A stretch of 64,000 nucleotides of DNA from a virus, in IMG/VR virus record IMGVR_UViG_3300047470_000212, positions 43,081 to 107,080 of that record; one strand, written 5' to 3'. The position numbers and the translations under genes were made by a program. The notes under the pieces were generated by a model. That model was not told where the DNA came from. It was given only the letters and a program-made list of their open reading frames with translations, and did not search any database. Shown piece by piece: positions 19,779 through 29,910 of the stretch. Positions within the stretch are counted from its first letter, which is position 1, and the number at the start of each line of letters is the position of its first letter.

Positions 19779-19819
19779 GCTTGCATTCTCCCAGGAATGC
19801 CTACCGAGATTGCAGTTCC
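19756..19819. promoter_or_regulatory. Perfect 23-bp inverted repeat covering the gp25 start codon
   Basis: 19756-19778 is the reverse complement of 19797-19819; 18-nt loop. Confidence 0.85.
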
Positions 19820-19828
19820 GTTCTCAGA

Positions 19829-20128
19829 TCAGAAGCCGGGGAACGCTACCTGCCCGTCGGCCAGCACCTGGTCGTTCTGTGCGGCGACGTCTACGTCTAT
19901 CTGGTGCCTGGCGGCGTTGTAGTCCTGGGCGGCCTGGTTGTAGAGCGGCGAGGCAGCGTTCTGGTTCACGTTCTGCTCCCACGACAGCCAGTTGTCCCTG
20001 ACGTAGGACTTGAACGCGTACTCCAGGAGTTCCTGGTCGCCCAACTGAGAGTCGACGTAGATGCCGTGGAAGGACGCTGCTACTCGGGGCCAGAATTCGT
20101 CGGGAATAGAGATCGTGATGTCGGTCAT
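19829..20128 (-). CDS. Hypothetical protein (possible fibre chaperone)
   Basis: 99-aa ORF following the spike/fibre gene. Confidence 0.6.
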   Translation of the reverse strand: MTDITISIPDEFWPRVAASFHGIYVDSQLGDQELLEYAFKSYVRDNWLSWEQNVNQNAASPLYNQAAQDYNAARHQIDVDVAAQNDQVLADGQVAFPGF

Positions 20129-20144
20129 TAAAGGGACGTCCTCA

Positions 20145-23100
20145 CTACTTTGTGTACGTGATTTTGAGTTGCGGCGGGTGGCTGTCTCCGACACCGCTGA
20201 AGATGCCGTAGTAAGTCTTGTCGGTGCTGGAGCCGAGATCTCCACCGAGCGTGATTCCACGATACGGGGTAGCGGAGTTCCAACCTGAATTCCAGGACGA
20301 CGGCAAAGTAACCCACTTGCCTGCACCAACCGGCCACGATGAAACGGTCAGGTTGTTGCTGGAGGCCATTCCGGACGCAACGCCAGTCTGGGTGTGCACA
20401 CCGATATGCGCGGTACCGCCACCGTTGTAATACCAGTGGCTGGCGTAGAGGTAGATCTCGACCTTGGAGACCTTCGCCGTGGAGCCCATGTCTGTGAACG
20501 GCTGGGTACCGAATCCGACCATCGACTTCTGGGTGCCCCAGGTTCCGGAGTAGTAGCCCTGGTACATCGTGCCGTCGGTGTTACCTGCGTTACCGAATCG
20601 CCGGGACCACACCGCGTTGTAGGTCTTGGTGTACGTCTTCGTCGCGGTGACCGCAGCGCCGCCCGTGTTGTAGACGCCGCCCTCGGGTACGGCCGGGCCG
20701 ATGTCCTCGACGTAGAAGTCCGAGGACTGCGCGGGGCTGTAGTTGCGCAGACCCCAGCCGGTGGCATTGCCCGAGTGGATGGCCCCTACCCACAGGATCC
20801 GGTGATCGCCTGGAGCCAGGGCCGTGTTCGACGCGTAGAGACCGCCTGCGTCGGACGAGCACACGATGATGCCCTCGACCACGCACGTGCCATCCGAGCC
20901 CGCGCCGTCGTAGAACATGCCCATGTTTCGAGCAATGGTCGTGTCAGTGACCTTCGGGCTTACCCCGTTTGGGTTGATGGTCGTGCATCCGTTAAGAACC
21001 GTCGTCGTGCCGGAGGCGTTCACGTACGTCTCCAACTCCTGCACACCGGTCCCGCCGTTGAGGTCGAACTGCGACCGGGCGACGATGCGGTACATCCGTC
21101 CCTCGACGGCCGTGAAGGCCAGCTCGATGATGCCCGTGTCGGTGGTGTAGTAGGTCGTGGCTGTGGGTCTTCCCGTCCACCCTCGCTCGTAGGTGACCAT
21201 TCCCCATGGCAGGTTCCACAGCAGGTCGGAGAGTTCCTTGCCCTGGTACCAAATCTGACCGATGGGGTCGTCGCTGGCCGTGCCGACAGGTCGCTGCGGG
21301 GTCCATAGGGAGTTGAAGGTGCCGACACCGTTGGAGTCGATGGCCGCCGCACCGCCTGCGAATGTCGCGTGGGCGTTGTCCGTGGTCATCTCGGTGGCCA
21401 GCGTGCCGTCCGGCCCGTACAGGCGCAGGCCGCCAGCGGAGATGTCGGTGGCGCCGTAGCCCTCGCGCATGACGATGACGTCGTCCACGCAGATGTACGA
21501 GAACGCGGTGGTCGAGAGACCGTAGGAGCCTGGGTTCAACTGCTGGAAGGAGACGCGGCCCCACACCGCACCGGTCGGGATGGTGACCTCGAAGATGTCC
21601 TCGGTGTACGAGGCGGCGTTGTACGTGATGTCGTTGACGCCCGCCATCTGGTCGGTCCAGGTGACGTTGTCCGGGCTGGTCTCAAAGGTGACGTGTAGGT
21701 GGCCGATGCCGTAGTACCAGTACCGGAGCATGTAGGTCTCGGCCGCGACGACCGGGAAGGCGTTGCTGGTGACGGTCGCGGTGCCGGTGTTCTTCACTCC
21801 CAGGGCCGCCTTGCCCTGGCCGGAGCGCGCGGGGTAACCGCCCTGGGCAATCTCAATCTTGGCCGCTGTGGTGGCCAGAGTGCTGTCGCTCTGGGTGAGG
21901 GTCCAGCCGGTGCGGGAGGTGTCCTCGAAGCCGCCGTTGGTCACCAGGTTGCCGGAGACCGCACCGAGGGAGATGTGCTGGGCGTTGACGTTGCCCAGGT
22001 TGATGTTGCTGGAGCCCACCTGCCCCGTCTCGACGACCTCGATGGTGAAGATGTCGAGTTCGGCGGTGCCTGTGCCACCCGAGTAGTTGAGGTACAGGCA
22101 GGGGCTGATGTACTTCACGTTCTGGTGAAGCCTCATGGGCGAGGTCGGGTTGGGGTTGGGACCAGCGTCTCCGGTCGCGGCCGTGCCCTTGATATATCCG
22201 GTGTACGTAATCCACCCGGAGCCTGTGGTCAGGGGTGTGGCCCTCACGGCTGCGTAGGCCTGGCTGCCGGTGCTGTTGGCGCCGGAGATGTTGACGAGGG
22301 TCACACCGTCGGCTGCGATGCCTGTGACACCTGCGTAGACGGTCTGGTTGGTGCCTGGGGTGGAGTTGTCGACGGTCTGCCGCACCCGGGCGGTAACGCG
22401 GTAGGTCACCCCCGGGTCGAAGGGTATGAGCAGGTCCGGCCGACGGGCGCCCTGGATGTATCCGACGCAACGCATGACAGTCCCGCCGGAGGCTGCGTCG
22501 CTGACGCTGACGGTGGTCATGGTGCCGGTACCGGATGGGCCGTTGACCCACTTGCTCGCCGAGTTGCCGAAGTCGTAGAACTTCTGGCCGACGGTGCCCT
22601 GGAGTCCGGCACTGAGTTTATCGACGGTCAGCGTCCCGGCCTTGATGCTTGCGGCGTCCAGGTTGGTCACGCTGACCAGGCTGGCGTCGATGGTGCCGGT
22701 CTTGATCGAGCCGCCGCTGATCGTGGTCGTGGTCGGGATGGTTCCGTTGCTCAACTGCCCGGCGGGTACGCTGACCCCCGCGCCAATGGAGCCGGTGACT
22801 GTGCCCGCGTTCGTGGCGGTGGTCGCGGAGGTAGCCGAGGTGGCGGCCGGTACGGTGCCGGTGACCTGGGTGCCTGGGACGGCGACTCCGGCGCCGAGAG
22901 ATCCCGTGACGGTCCCTGCGCTGGTTGCCGAGGTAGCCGTGCCTGCCGTGGTCGCACTGGCGACCGGGCCGCTTACGTTCCCACCACCGATGACGAGGTT
23001 GGTCGCGTCGATCTGGGTAGCCGTCAACTTACCGACGGTGATCTTGCTGGCGTCGATGCTGGCGATGACACCGCTCTGGGCCGTGATCGTTCCGGCCGCC

Positions 23101-24503
23101 ATCTGGTTGGCCGTGATCGTGTTCGCCGCGATCTGGTTGGCCGTGATGGTGTTGGCTGCCAGCCGGTCGCCCGTGATGGACCCGGCCAGGATCTGCGTGG
23201 CGGTGAGCGTCCCCGAGGTGATCTTCGAGGCGTCCAGCGATCCGGTCGCGATGCGTGCAGCGTTGAGCGTGCCAGCGTTGATCTTGCCTGCGTCAAGGTT
23301 GGCGATCTTGGCGTTGTTGATGGCGGCGTCGGCGATCTGAGCGGTGCCGACTGCGAGGTTGGCGATCTTCGCCGTGCCGATCGTGGCGTCGGCGATCTGC
23401 GCGCCGGTTACGGCGTTGTTGGCGATGTTGATCGTGCCGACGGCCAGGGCGGCCAGCTTCCCGGCTTCGATCGCACCGTTGGCAACGGCCTGCGCTGTCA
23501 CCGCGTTGGCGGCCAGCTTGGTGTCGTCGATGGCGCCGACCGCGATCTTCGCTGCGGTCAGTTGGCCGTCGAGGATGTCCTGTGCGACGGCCTGCTTGGG
23601 GGTGTCCGAGGCGTATCCGGACGGTGCCGAGGCGACGCCCACCTTGGAGTAGGCGACCAGCCGGTAGTAGTAGGCGTTGCCGTAGTTCTGTATGGAGTCG
23701 TAGGTGAAGTCAGCGCCGCGCAGTGTGGCGACGGTGACCGGGTTGGAAAACGCCGTGACGGTGTCCCGCTGCACCTGGACGCGGTCGAAGATGGCGGGCA
23801 TGGCTGTACCGGTGGTGTCCAGGCCGTTCCACGTGACGCGCAGGCCTCCGAGCACGCCGACGACAGTCGGAGTGGACGGGACCGGAGGAGGCGTCGTCGA
23901 GGATGCGGTGACGATGTTCGCGGTCGCCCAGAGAGAGGCGTTACCGCTGGTGTCGATGGCCTGGGCGCGGACGTAAAGAGTCCGCCCGGTATGAAGTCCG
24001 TCGTAGACGATGAGGGTGTCTTCGGTGGCTGACCCGCCAGCCCAGTTCGTGCCGTCGTAGGAGGTCTGCACGAGGTAGTGCGACATGTCGGTGAGGGTGG
24101 TGCCGTCCTGGTTCTCCGTCGGTGCGGTCCACATCGCCGTCACGCTGGCCGAGGTGTCGCCCTCGGCGGTGACGTGCTGAACGGTGGTCAGGGAGAGGGC
24201 GGTCGGTTCCTTGGGAGGGAGGACGTCGGTGCCGTCGGTCGGCAGTTCGTCGACCTGGTCCTGGACCTCCTTGATGCCCAGCGGTGCATAGACCGGCCTG
24301 GTGATGTCACCGCCGGAGAACTGCACCCACACCGACTGGCCGACGGGCGGCACGGTATTGGTGGGCGAGGACGGAACCGACCAGGCGCTCTCCGCATTGC
24401 CCAGAACCTGCGGGATCAGCAGAGTGACCCGGGCCTCGTTCAGAGGGTCCTGGTTATTGGCGACGCTCGCCCGGTACATGCCCAAAATGGGCTCAGCCGA
24501 CAT
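20145..24503 (-). CDS. Central spike (gp5/VgrG OB-fold) fused to FN3, repeat shaft and receptor-binding domains
   Basis: N-terminal YRASV..NQDP...PPVGQSVWVQFSGGD..RPV; ~10-aa ITANQIAANT-type repeats; CBM-like domains. Confidence 0.8.
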   Translation of the reverse strand: MSAEPILGMYRASVANNQDPLNEARVTLLIPQVLGNAESAWSVPSSPTNTVPPVGQSVWVQFSGGDITRPVYAPLGIKEVQDQVDELPTDGTDVLPPKEPTALSLTTVQHVTAEGDTSASVTAMWTAPTENQDGTTLTDMSHYLVQTSYDGTNWAGGSATEDTLIVYDGLHTGRTLYVRAQAIDTSGNASLWATANIVTASSTTPPPVPSTPTVVGVLGGLRVTWNGLDTTGTAMPAIFDRVQVQRDTVTAFSNPVTVATLRGADFTYDSIQNYGNAYYYRLVAYSKVGVASAPSGYASDTPKQAVAQDILDGQLTAAKIAVGAIDDTKLAANAVTAQAVANGAIEAGKLAALAVGTINIANNAVTGAQIADATIGTAKIANLAVGTAQIADAAINNAKIANLDAGKINAGTLNAARIATGSLDASKITSGTLTATQILAGSITGDRLAANTITANQIAANTITANQMAAGTITAQSGVIASIDASKITVGKLTATQIDATNLVIGGGNVSGPVASATTAGTATSATSAGTVTGSLGAGVAVPGTQVTGTVPAATSATSATTATNAGTVTGSIGAGVSVPAGQLSNGTIPTTTTISGGSIKTGTIDASLVSVTNLDAASIKAGTLTVDKLSAGLQGTVGQKFYDFGNSASKWVNGPSGTGTMTTVSVSDAASGGTVMRCVGYIQGARRPDLLIPFDPGVTYRVTARVRQTVDNSTPGTNQTVYAGVTGIAADGVTLVNISGANSTGSQAYAAVRATPLTTGSGWITYTGYIKGTAATGDAGPNPNPTSPMRLHQNVKYISPCLYLNYSGGTGTAELDIFTIEVVETGQVGSSNINLGNVNAQHISLGAVSGNLVTNGGFEDTSRTGWTLTQSDSTLATTAAKIEIAQGGYPARSGQGKAALGVKNTGTATVTSNAFPVVAAETYMLRYWYYGIGHLHVTFETSPDNVTWTDQMAGVNDITYNAASYTEDIFEVTIPTGAVWGRVSFQQLNPGSYGLSTTAFSYICVDDVIVMREGYGATDISAGGLRLYGPDGTLATEMTTDNAHATFAGGAAAIDSNGVGTFNSLWTPQRPVGTASDDPIGQIWYQGKELSDLLWNLPWGMVTYERGWTGRPTATTYYTTDTGIIELAFTAVEGRMYRIVARSQFDLNGGTGVQELETYVNASGTTTVLNGCTTINPNGVSPKVTDTTIARNMGMFYDGAGSDGTCVVEGIIVCSSDAGGLYASNTALAPGDHRILWVGAIHSGNATGWGLRNYSPAQSSDFYVEDIGPAVPEGGVYNTGGAAVTATKTYTKTYNAVWSRRFGNAGNTDGTMYQGYYSGTWGTQKSMVGFGTQPFTDMGSTAKVSKVEIYLYASHWYYNGGGTAHIGVHTQTGVASGMASSNNLTVSSWPVGAGKWVTLPSSWNSGWNSATPYRGITLGGDLGSSTDKTYYGIFSGVGDSHPPQLKITYTK

Positions 24504-25641
24504 TGATATCCTCCAGAAGACTCGACTCCCAGAACTGCCGATTTCTCAGGACAGCCGGGACGGTGTCGAATTTGAAACGCTTGTTCGCGTCGCTTCGAAA
24601 TGTTACCGAGTAAGGTTGGTCTCTTTCTGCATCGACGGTTGTGGTGAACACCCATCCCGAGTTGCTCTTGTCCCGGTTGATGATGTGTTTGGTGCCGGTA
24701 ACCATCCATCGACCCGTGCGATCTGAGGAAATGGAGTTCCCTGTGACAGCGACCAGAGATCCCGGGACGATCTTTGCCGTCCCATACAGCGTGGCCTGCA
24801 TGGTGATCCAGCCACGGGAAGCCAGCGTGCGGGCCTCCATAAGGGCCTGCGCGTCCGCGTAGTTGTCGACGGCCCTGGCGGTCGATATGGAATTGAGGAA
24901 TGCAGACGCCCCGGTATTCGACGAAGACGAAGCCTTGATCACCCGCCCGGTCTTCGCGTCCAGTCCGGAAATGCTGCTGGTGCCCGTCGTCCCGTTCTCG
25001 CGGGGAACCATGGTGCCCGTCAGGATCGACATCTCCCGCAAGGTGTCCATAACCCCGGGCTGCTGATTCTTGGAGAACACAGGGATGTTCTGCGCGTTCT
25101 GCCCCACAAGGAGAATGCGCGGGTCGAGGAAGTAGAGCGTCGTCCCCTCCACCCAGAAACGGAATCCGACTTCGTGCGCCAGGTCCTGGAGGAGTTTGAA
25201 ATCGCTCTGCCCGCTCTGCGCCCAGTAGGTAAGGCGCCGAGAGGACGGGGAGATGACTGTGCGCAGCCCGTTCTGTCGGCCCACCTGGCGGGCGATGGAG
25301 GTGGGGCTGACGTTCTTCCAGGACCGGGTCCGCTGGATGTTCAGCGGGAGGGTGGTGCCGATACACACGTACCGCGTGGTGACCGTCTGGGCACCGCCGC
25401 TGGCCAGGACGCTGGAGTGGTGCACGTAGCCGTACCAGCGGACCATGTCGTTGGGGCTGCGGCCGTAGTCGAGAACCACCGGAGCCAGCTCGGGGTAGGC
25501 CGAGCTGTTGGCGCTGGTCGTGACGTCCACGAGCGCCATGGAGTGCACGCCGTATCCCTCGCGGACTTCGACGCGCTTGATGAGGTTGTTGATGCGGTTG
25601 CCGGAGATGGTCAGGTTGGTTACTGGCGTCGACTCAGGCAT
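24493..25641 (-). CDS. Baseplate hub (gp27/late control D-like)
   Basis: AQSGQSDFKLLQDLAHEVGFRFWVEGTTLYF. Confidence 0.8.
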   Translation of the reverse strand: MPESTPVTNLTISGNRINNLIKRVEVREGYGVHSMALVDVTTSANSSAYPELAPVVLDYGRSPNDMVRWYGYVHHSSVLASGGAQTVTTRYVCIGTTLPLNIQRTRSWKNVSPTSIARQVGRQNGLRTVISPSSRRLTYWAQSGQSDFKLLQDLAHEVGFRFWVEGTTLYFLDPRILLVGQNAQNIPVFSKNQQPGVMDTLREMSILTGTMVPRENGTTGTSSISGLDAKTGRVIKASSSSNTGASAFLNSISTARAVDNYADAQALMEARTLASRGWITMQATLYGTAKIVPGSLVAVTGNSISSDRTGRWMVTGTKHIINRDKSNSGWVFTTTVDAERDQPYSVTFRSDANKRFKFDTVPAVLRNRQFWESSLLEDINVG

Positions 25642-25906
25642 TCGGGATCCTGACAATCTGGCCCGGCGTAAGGACCGTCCAGTCCAAGATCTCGGGATTG
25701 GCGTCGGCGATGTGCCACCACATCCGGGCGTCGCCGAAGTACTGCACGGCGAGCAGGTCGATACGGTCGGAGCCGTTCAACTGGTGGTAGGTGAAGTTGA
25801 ATGCCCACTCCCGCTGCTGGGATGGCACGAGGGTGAGGTTCGTCCCGCGTCCGGAGGCGACCAGCGTGAGCGTGGATTCTGCATACCGGGAAGTAGCGGA
25901 GATCAT
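25634..25906 (-). CDS. LysM/tail-X-like baseplate protein
   Basis: DRIDLLAVQYFGDARMWWHIADANP. Confidence 0.85.
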   Translation of the reverse strand: MISATSRYAESTLTLVASGRGTNLTLVPSQQREWAFNFTYHQLNGSDRIDLLAVQYFGDARMWWHIADANPEILDWTVLTPGQIVRIPNA

Positions 25907-26661
25907 CGTCCGGCCTTTCCGTTCGCGCCCTTGGCGAATTCGTCCGGCGTCAGTCCGGCCGGGAGCCTGCCGAAGGACACGAACTCCCCGCCGCCCTTTG
26001 GCTTCGGAAGCAACTGCATGGTGATGCCGACTTGGCAGCGGGACGGGATCATCTGCTGGGTCCAGTGGGTGTACTGGATTTCCAGGTCCTGGATGACCCC
26101 GTAGTAGTTCAGGGTGTCGCCGACGATGAGGTAGACCGGGACGTAGAGCATGGGTCCGGCCGCATCGAAACTGAACTGACCCTTTCGGAAGGACTTCGTG
26201 GAGTCGCCCTTGGCGTCCTCCCCCTCACCGGTTACCGCTACCGACGCGGAAATACCGGTGATCTTGTAGAGCAGGGAGATGTCCCAGCCCACGCCGAGAG
26301 CAGGCACGAATACGTTCTCGGCGCCGGACACCCGGGAGGAGTCCCACATCTCGTAGGTGCGGTCGAACAGCAGGTTGAACTGGACCGTCTGCTGCAACGG
26401 CATCAGGAAGTCCTTTGCCGTCACGTCGTTCGGGTTCAGTGCGTTGTCGTCTGCCTGGACCGCCGAGTTCACGGAGTGGGAAACGTTCAGGACGCTTGGG
26501 TTGTAGAGGAAGTTGCACCGGTAGCGCACTCCGTCGACCGGCTTTTCCTGGATGATGAAGCCACGGCTCAACTTCTTCCCGCCGCCCACAAGGGACTGGA
26601 GGCCGGGGAGTTTCGTTATCCGTGGGTCGAAGGAGCCGTTGTCCTGGATCCGCGTAGCCAT
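25903..26661 (-). CDS. Tail tube initiator-like protein
   Basis: FLYNP, FNLLFDRT; position after tape measure. Confidence 0.65.
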   Translation of the reverse strand: MATRIQDNGSFDPRITKLPGLQSLVGGGKKLSRGFIIQEKPVDGVRYRCNFLYNPSVLNVSHSVNSAVQADDNALNPNDVTAKDFLMPLQQTVQFNLLFDRTYEMWDSSRVSGAENVFVPALGVGWDISLLYKITGISASVAVTGEGEDAKGDSTKSFRKGQFSFDAAGPMLYVPVYLIVGDTLNYYGVIQDLEIQYTHWTQQMIPSRCQVGITMQLLPKPKGGGEFVSFGRLPAGLTPDEFAKGANGKAGR

Positions 26662-26747
26662 CAGACACCCACCGCAAAGTCGAAGCGGCGAGTGTTCCGG
26701 AGGCGGGGCCCAGGGCCCCAGGTATGAAGTCGGTCAGTGAAAGCCAT
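26661..26747 (-). CDS. 28-aa bridging mini-ORF MAFTDRLHTWGPGPRLRNTRRFDFAVGV carrying CTT-CAT-ACC in frame
   Basis: Start overlaps tape-measure stop (TAATG); stop overlaps next start (TGATG). Confidence 0.6.
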   Translation of the reverse strand: MAFTDRLHTWGPGPRLRNTRRFDFAVGV

Positions 26748-29740
26748 TAGTTACCTGCCGCGATGAGATTGATCCGGTTGTCCTCGGCGATGGCCTGCAT
26801 GAACTGCTGGGCTGCATCCCGGGCCGAGCGCTGGTCCATGACGCCCTGTACCTGCACGGTGATCGCACCGGTGTGGAAGTTCAGGGTGGGCGAGGCGCCC
26901 TTGGTATGAAGCCCGCCGACGCTGGCCATGGCGTTGTTCCCGGCCAGGACGTTACGGATGGCCTCGGCCTGGTAGGCGGGGATGATCATCTCGCCCTTGT
27001 GGATGCGTGCCGTCTGGTCGACGTCCACGTTGGTCGAGCCGACCGCGTATCCCTTGTAGCCACCGCCGTTGTTCATGCTCTTGATGCCGGGGGTATTTCC
27101 CAGCGAGCCGTAGCGGGAGTCCGCGTAACGCACACCAGCGATGATGTTGTCGACCGGGTTCCAAATGTCTTTATGGCCCTTGATCGAGTAGTGATTGAAC
27201 GTCGAATCGATGGTCTGCATAATGCCCTTGGACGGGTGACCGGCCTTGGCATTGCTGTCCGTCAGGTTGATGGCTCGGGGGTTACCACCGGACTCGTGCA
27301 TGATCATCGTGTTGACGATCCGCTCGTTGGCCTTCGAGTCCTGCTTGATGATTCCGAGCGCAGACTTGATCCACTTCGCGACGTTCCCCTTCGGCATAGG
27401 GCCGGTAGGAACGCCGTTGTCGCTCTTCTCCTTCTTGTCCCCGGCACCTCCGCTGGAGCCGACGCTCGCCGAACCGATGGCGGAGATACCGGCCGCGATG
27501 GCGTCGGCCTCCTCGGTGGACCCGTAACTGCCGACGTCCCCGCCGAAGCCCATGGTGGACAGGCGGTTGTCGGAGGAACCGGCGGTGTCGGTGCTGTCGT
27601 CGGACGGGTCGCCCATGTTGCCGACCGAGCCCAGGATCCGGCGTGCGTTGGTGAACTCGCTTGGCCGGTAGGAGCGGACGCGGACCACGGCGCCCGTGTG
27701 CGGCGCCTCGATGATCTTGCCGTTGCCTATGCACATCACGACGTGATGGGCGGGGTTCCCGTTGAAGAGAAGGTCGCCTGCACGGACCTCGGAGAGTTTC
27801 ACTGCCGAGCCGGTCTTCTGCTGCTGCGCAGCCGTGCGGGGAATCGACACACCGATCTGCCGGAACGAGTACTGAAGCAGGCCGGAGCAGTCGAAGCCCT
27901 TGGGAGTACTGCCACCCCACACGTACTTCACGCCGAGGTACTTCATGGCGACCTTGATGACCGCAGCGGCCGTCTTGCCTGCGCCCTGCGTACCGGTGGC
28001 CTTCGACCCGGACTTACCCGAGCCTCCCGTGGCGGCCGAGGCGTTGCTCTCCCCGGCGCCACCGAAGATGCCGATACCGGCGCCGATCGCACCACCGACC
28101 ACAGCACCGACACCGGTACCGATGACCGGGACGATGGAACCGATCGCAGCACCGGTCAGTGCACCCGTGGCGGTGTCCACGCCGACATGGCCCCACTTGT
28201 TGCCAGTCGAGCCCTTCTTGCTGACCTTGTCGACCAACTGACCACCGAAGTGGTGCGTGCCCAACGCGGCCAGACCGAAGCCACCTGCCGCGCCCAGGGC
28301 GGCACCGGACAGGTCCAGCGCTCCGGCCGCAGTGGCGGAACCTATTGCGCCTCGGGCGGCACCCAGGATGCCTCCCCCACTACTTCCGCCCATGCCAGCG
28401 AGACGGCCCACGCTGGCCAGGCCACGCGCAGCGCCGTAGGCGCCGATACCGCTGCCGATGCTGGAGCCCAGCAGGGAGCCAGCGCCACCACCCCAGCCCA
28501 GGAGTGTGTCCGCGCCAGACGACTTGAGAACGCTCTGGAGCGCGGTGGAGAACTTGTCCAGGTAGTCCGTAGCGGTCTTGAGACCTTCGGTGAACGCGTC
28601 GTTGGTGTTCACGTCTTGGTTTCGCAGGGTGCCCGCACGAGTCATCAGGGTGTTGGCCGACGAACCGCCGATACCCATCTTCCCGAGCGCGCTCTGAGCG
28701 GCGTTCTTCTTCTCCTGCGTGGAGCCGCTGTCGCGCTGGTTGGCGAGGCTGGTGTACGTCTGCGCGGAGCCTCCGTGGATCTGCGCGAGCATCATGCCCT
28801 TGAGTTCACCCTTGACCAGTTGCAGGGTGTTCGCGTCCAGGCCCCAGGAGTTCAACGACTGGTTCAGACCCGAGCCCGGGTCGTCGAGGGTCGCCGACAA
28901 CTGTGCGTTCGACTTGACCCGCTTGAGTTCCGGGAACCGCTGGAAGATCTGCTGGGCGATCTGGCGAGGGCTCTGCTTCTGGCCGCTCTTGATCGTCTGA
29001 ATGCCCATGCCGCGCAGCGTGTTGTACGTCGGCGCACTCCACGCGGCGACTGTGCCCTGGGCTCGCTGCGCCTCGGTCATGCCCGGGTTCATGTACCCCG
29101 AGGTGCCCTTGACGTAGTTCCAGTTCGTGTTGAAGTTCGCAGAGCCGGGCGACATGCCCACCTGCGAAATCGTGCCGTAGGCCTGCCCGGCATCCTGGGT
29201 GGACGCGGCGGTGAAGTTGTTCTTGAAGGCCTGGTCCCGCAGGGTGTGCCAGGACTGAGACGAGTACTGCGCCGCCTGGTAGGCGGTCGTCTGCATCAGG
29301 ACCTGGTCGGGCAACTGCTTCTGGCCCCAGGCGACAGCAGCGGTGAGACCACCCTTGAGGGTGTGCGGGCTCCTCCGGCCACCGTTGTTGGCTGCGCCAC
29401 CGCCCTGACGGGTAGTGCCCGAGCCACCGGATCCGCCGGAACTACCGGAGCCGCCGTTGTTGGCCGCACCGCCGCCCTGCGAGCCGTTGTTGGAGAAGCG
29501 GACGCCGCCACCGTTGCCGGTGCCACCGTTCCGCGACATGTGGTAGTTGCTGGTGCCGTTCCATACGTCACCGAGCGCCATACCGAGGCCTCGGCTGCGG
29601 GACATCTGCCCGACACCGGAACTCACACCCTGGAGACCCCTGTTGAGGTCCGTCACGGTACGCGCGAGGGCAGAGATCGCGTCCTGGGCCTTGTTCCATC
29701 CCAAGAGCGGTCCCTGCCCCGCCACAGTACTCTCAGCCAT
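26747..29740 (-). CDS. Tape measure protein with NlpC/P60 and lytic transglycosylase domains
   Basis: YVWGG..GFDCSGL...HV; HESGGNP..GIMQTI..DNI. Confidence 0.9.
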   Translation of the reverse strand: MAESTVAGQGPLLGWNKAQDAISALARTVTDLNRGLQGVSSGVGQMSRSRGLGMALGDVWNGTSNYHMSRNGGTGNGGGVRFSNNGSQGGGAANNGGSGSSGGSGGSGTTRQGGGAANNGGRRSPHTLKGGLTAAVAWGQKQLPDQVLMQTTAYQAAQYSSQSWHTLRDQAFKNNFTAASTQDAGQAYGTISQVGMSPGSANFNTNWNYVKGTSGYMNPGMTEAQRAQGTVAAWSAPTYNTLRGMGIQTIKSGQKQSPRQIAQQIFQRFPELKRVKSNAQLSATLDDPGSGLNQSLNSWGLDANTLQLVKGELKGMMLAQIHGGSAQTYTSLANQRDSGSTQEKKNAAQSALGKMGIGGSSANTLMTRAGTLRNQDVNTNDAFTEGLKTATDYLDKFSTALQSVLKSSGADTLLGWGGGAGSLLGSSIGSGIGAYGAARGLASVGRLAGMGGSSGGGILGAARGAIGSATAAGALDLSGAALGAAGGFGLAALGTHHFGGQLVDKVSKKGSTGNKWGHVGVDTATGALTGAAIGSIVPVIGTGVGAVVGGAIGAGIGIFGGAGESNASAATGGSGKSGSKATGTQGAGKTAAAVIKVAMKYLGVKYVWGGSTPKGFDCSGLLQYSFRQIGVSIPRTAAQQQKTGSAVKLSEVRAGDLLFNGNPAHHVVMCIGNGKIIEAPHTGAVVRVRSYRPSEFTNARRILGSVGNMGDPSDDSTDTAGSSDNRLSTMGFGGDVGSYGSTEEADAIAAGISAIGSASVGSSGGAGDKKEKSDNGVPTGPMPKGNVAKWIKSALGIIKQDSKANERIVNTMIMHESGGNPRAINLTDSNAKAGHPSKGIMQTIDSTFNHYSIKGHKDIWNPVDNIIAGVRYADSRYGSLGNTPGIKSMNNGGGYKGYAVGSTNVDVDQTARIHKGEMIIPAYQAEAIRNVLAGNNAMASVGGLHTKGASPTLNFHTGAITVQVQGVMDQRSARDAAQQFMQAIAEDNRINLIAAGN

Positions 29741-29910
29741 TTTCTGCCTCAGCCATTCGCCTATGTCGCTGCGCCTTGAACCACTTCACCCAGTGAAGAC
29801 GCTCGCGCACGGTCAACCGGCGAATCTCGCTGAGGCTCCATGCCGGACTTAGTTCAACTAGTTGCTCGTATTCAAAGTACGTGTCGTGGTAATTACAGGC
29901 CCTGAAACAG
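29733..29910 (-). CDS. Tail assembly chaperone C-terminal extension (DUF6760-like), probably reached by +1 frameshift
   Basis: WSLSEIRRLTVRERLHWV in the +1 frame, no good own start. Confidence 0.55.

Noticed and set aside
14044-24503. Diversity-generating retroelement or invertible fibre cassette
   Set aside because: No reverse transcriptase, template/variable repeat pair or inverted fibre segments seen.
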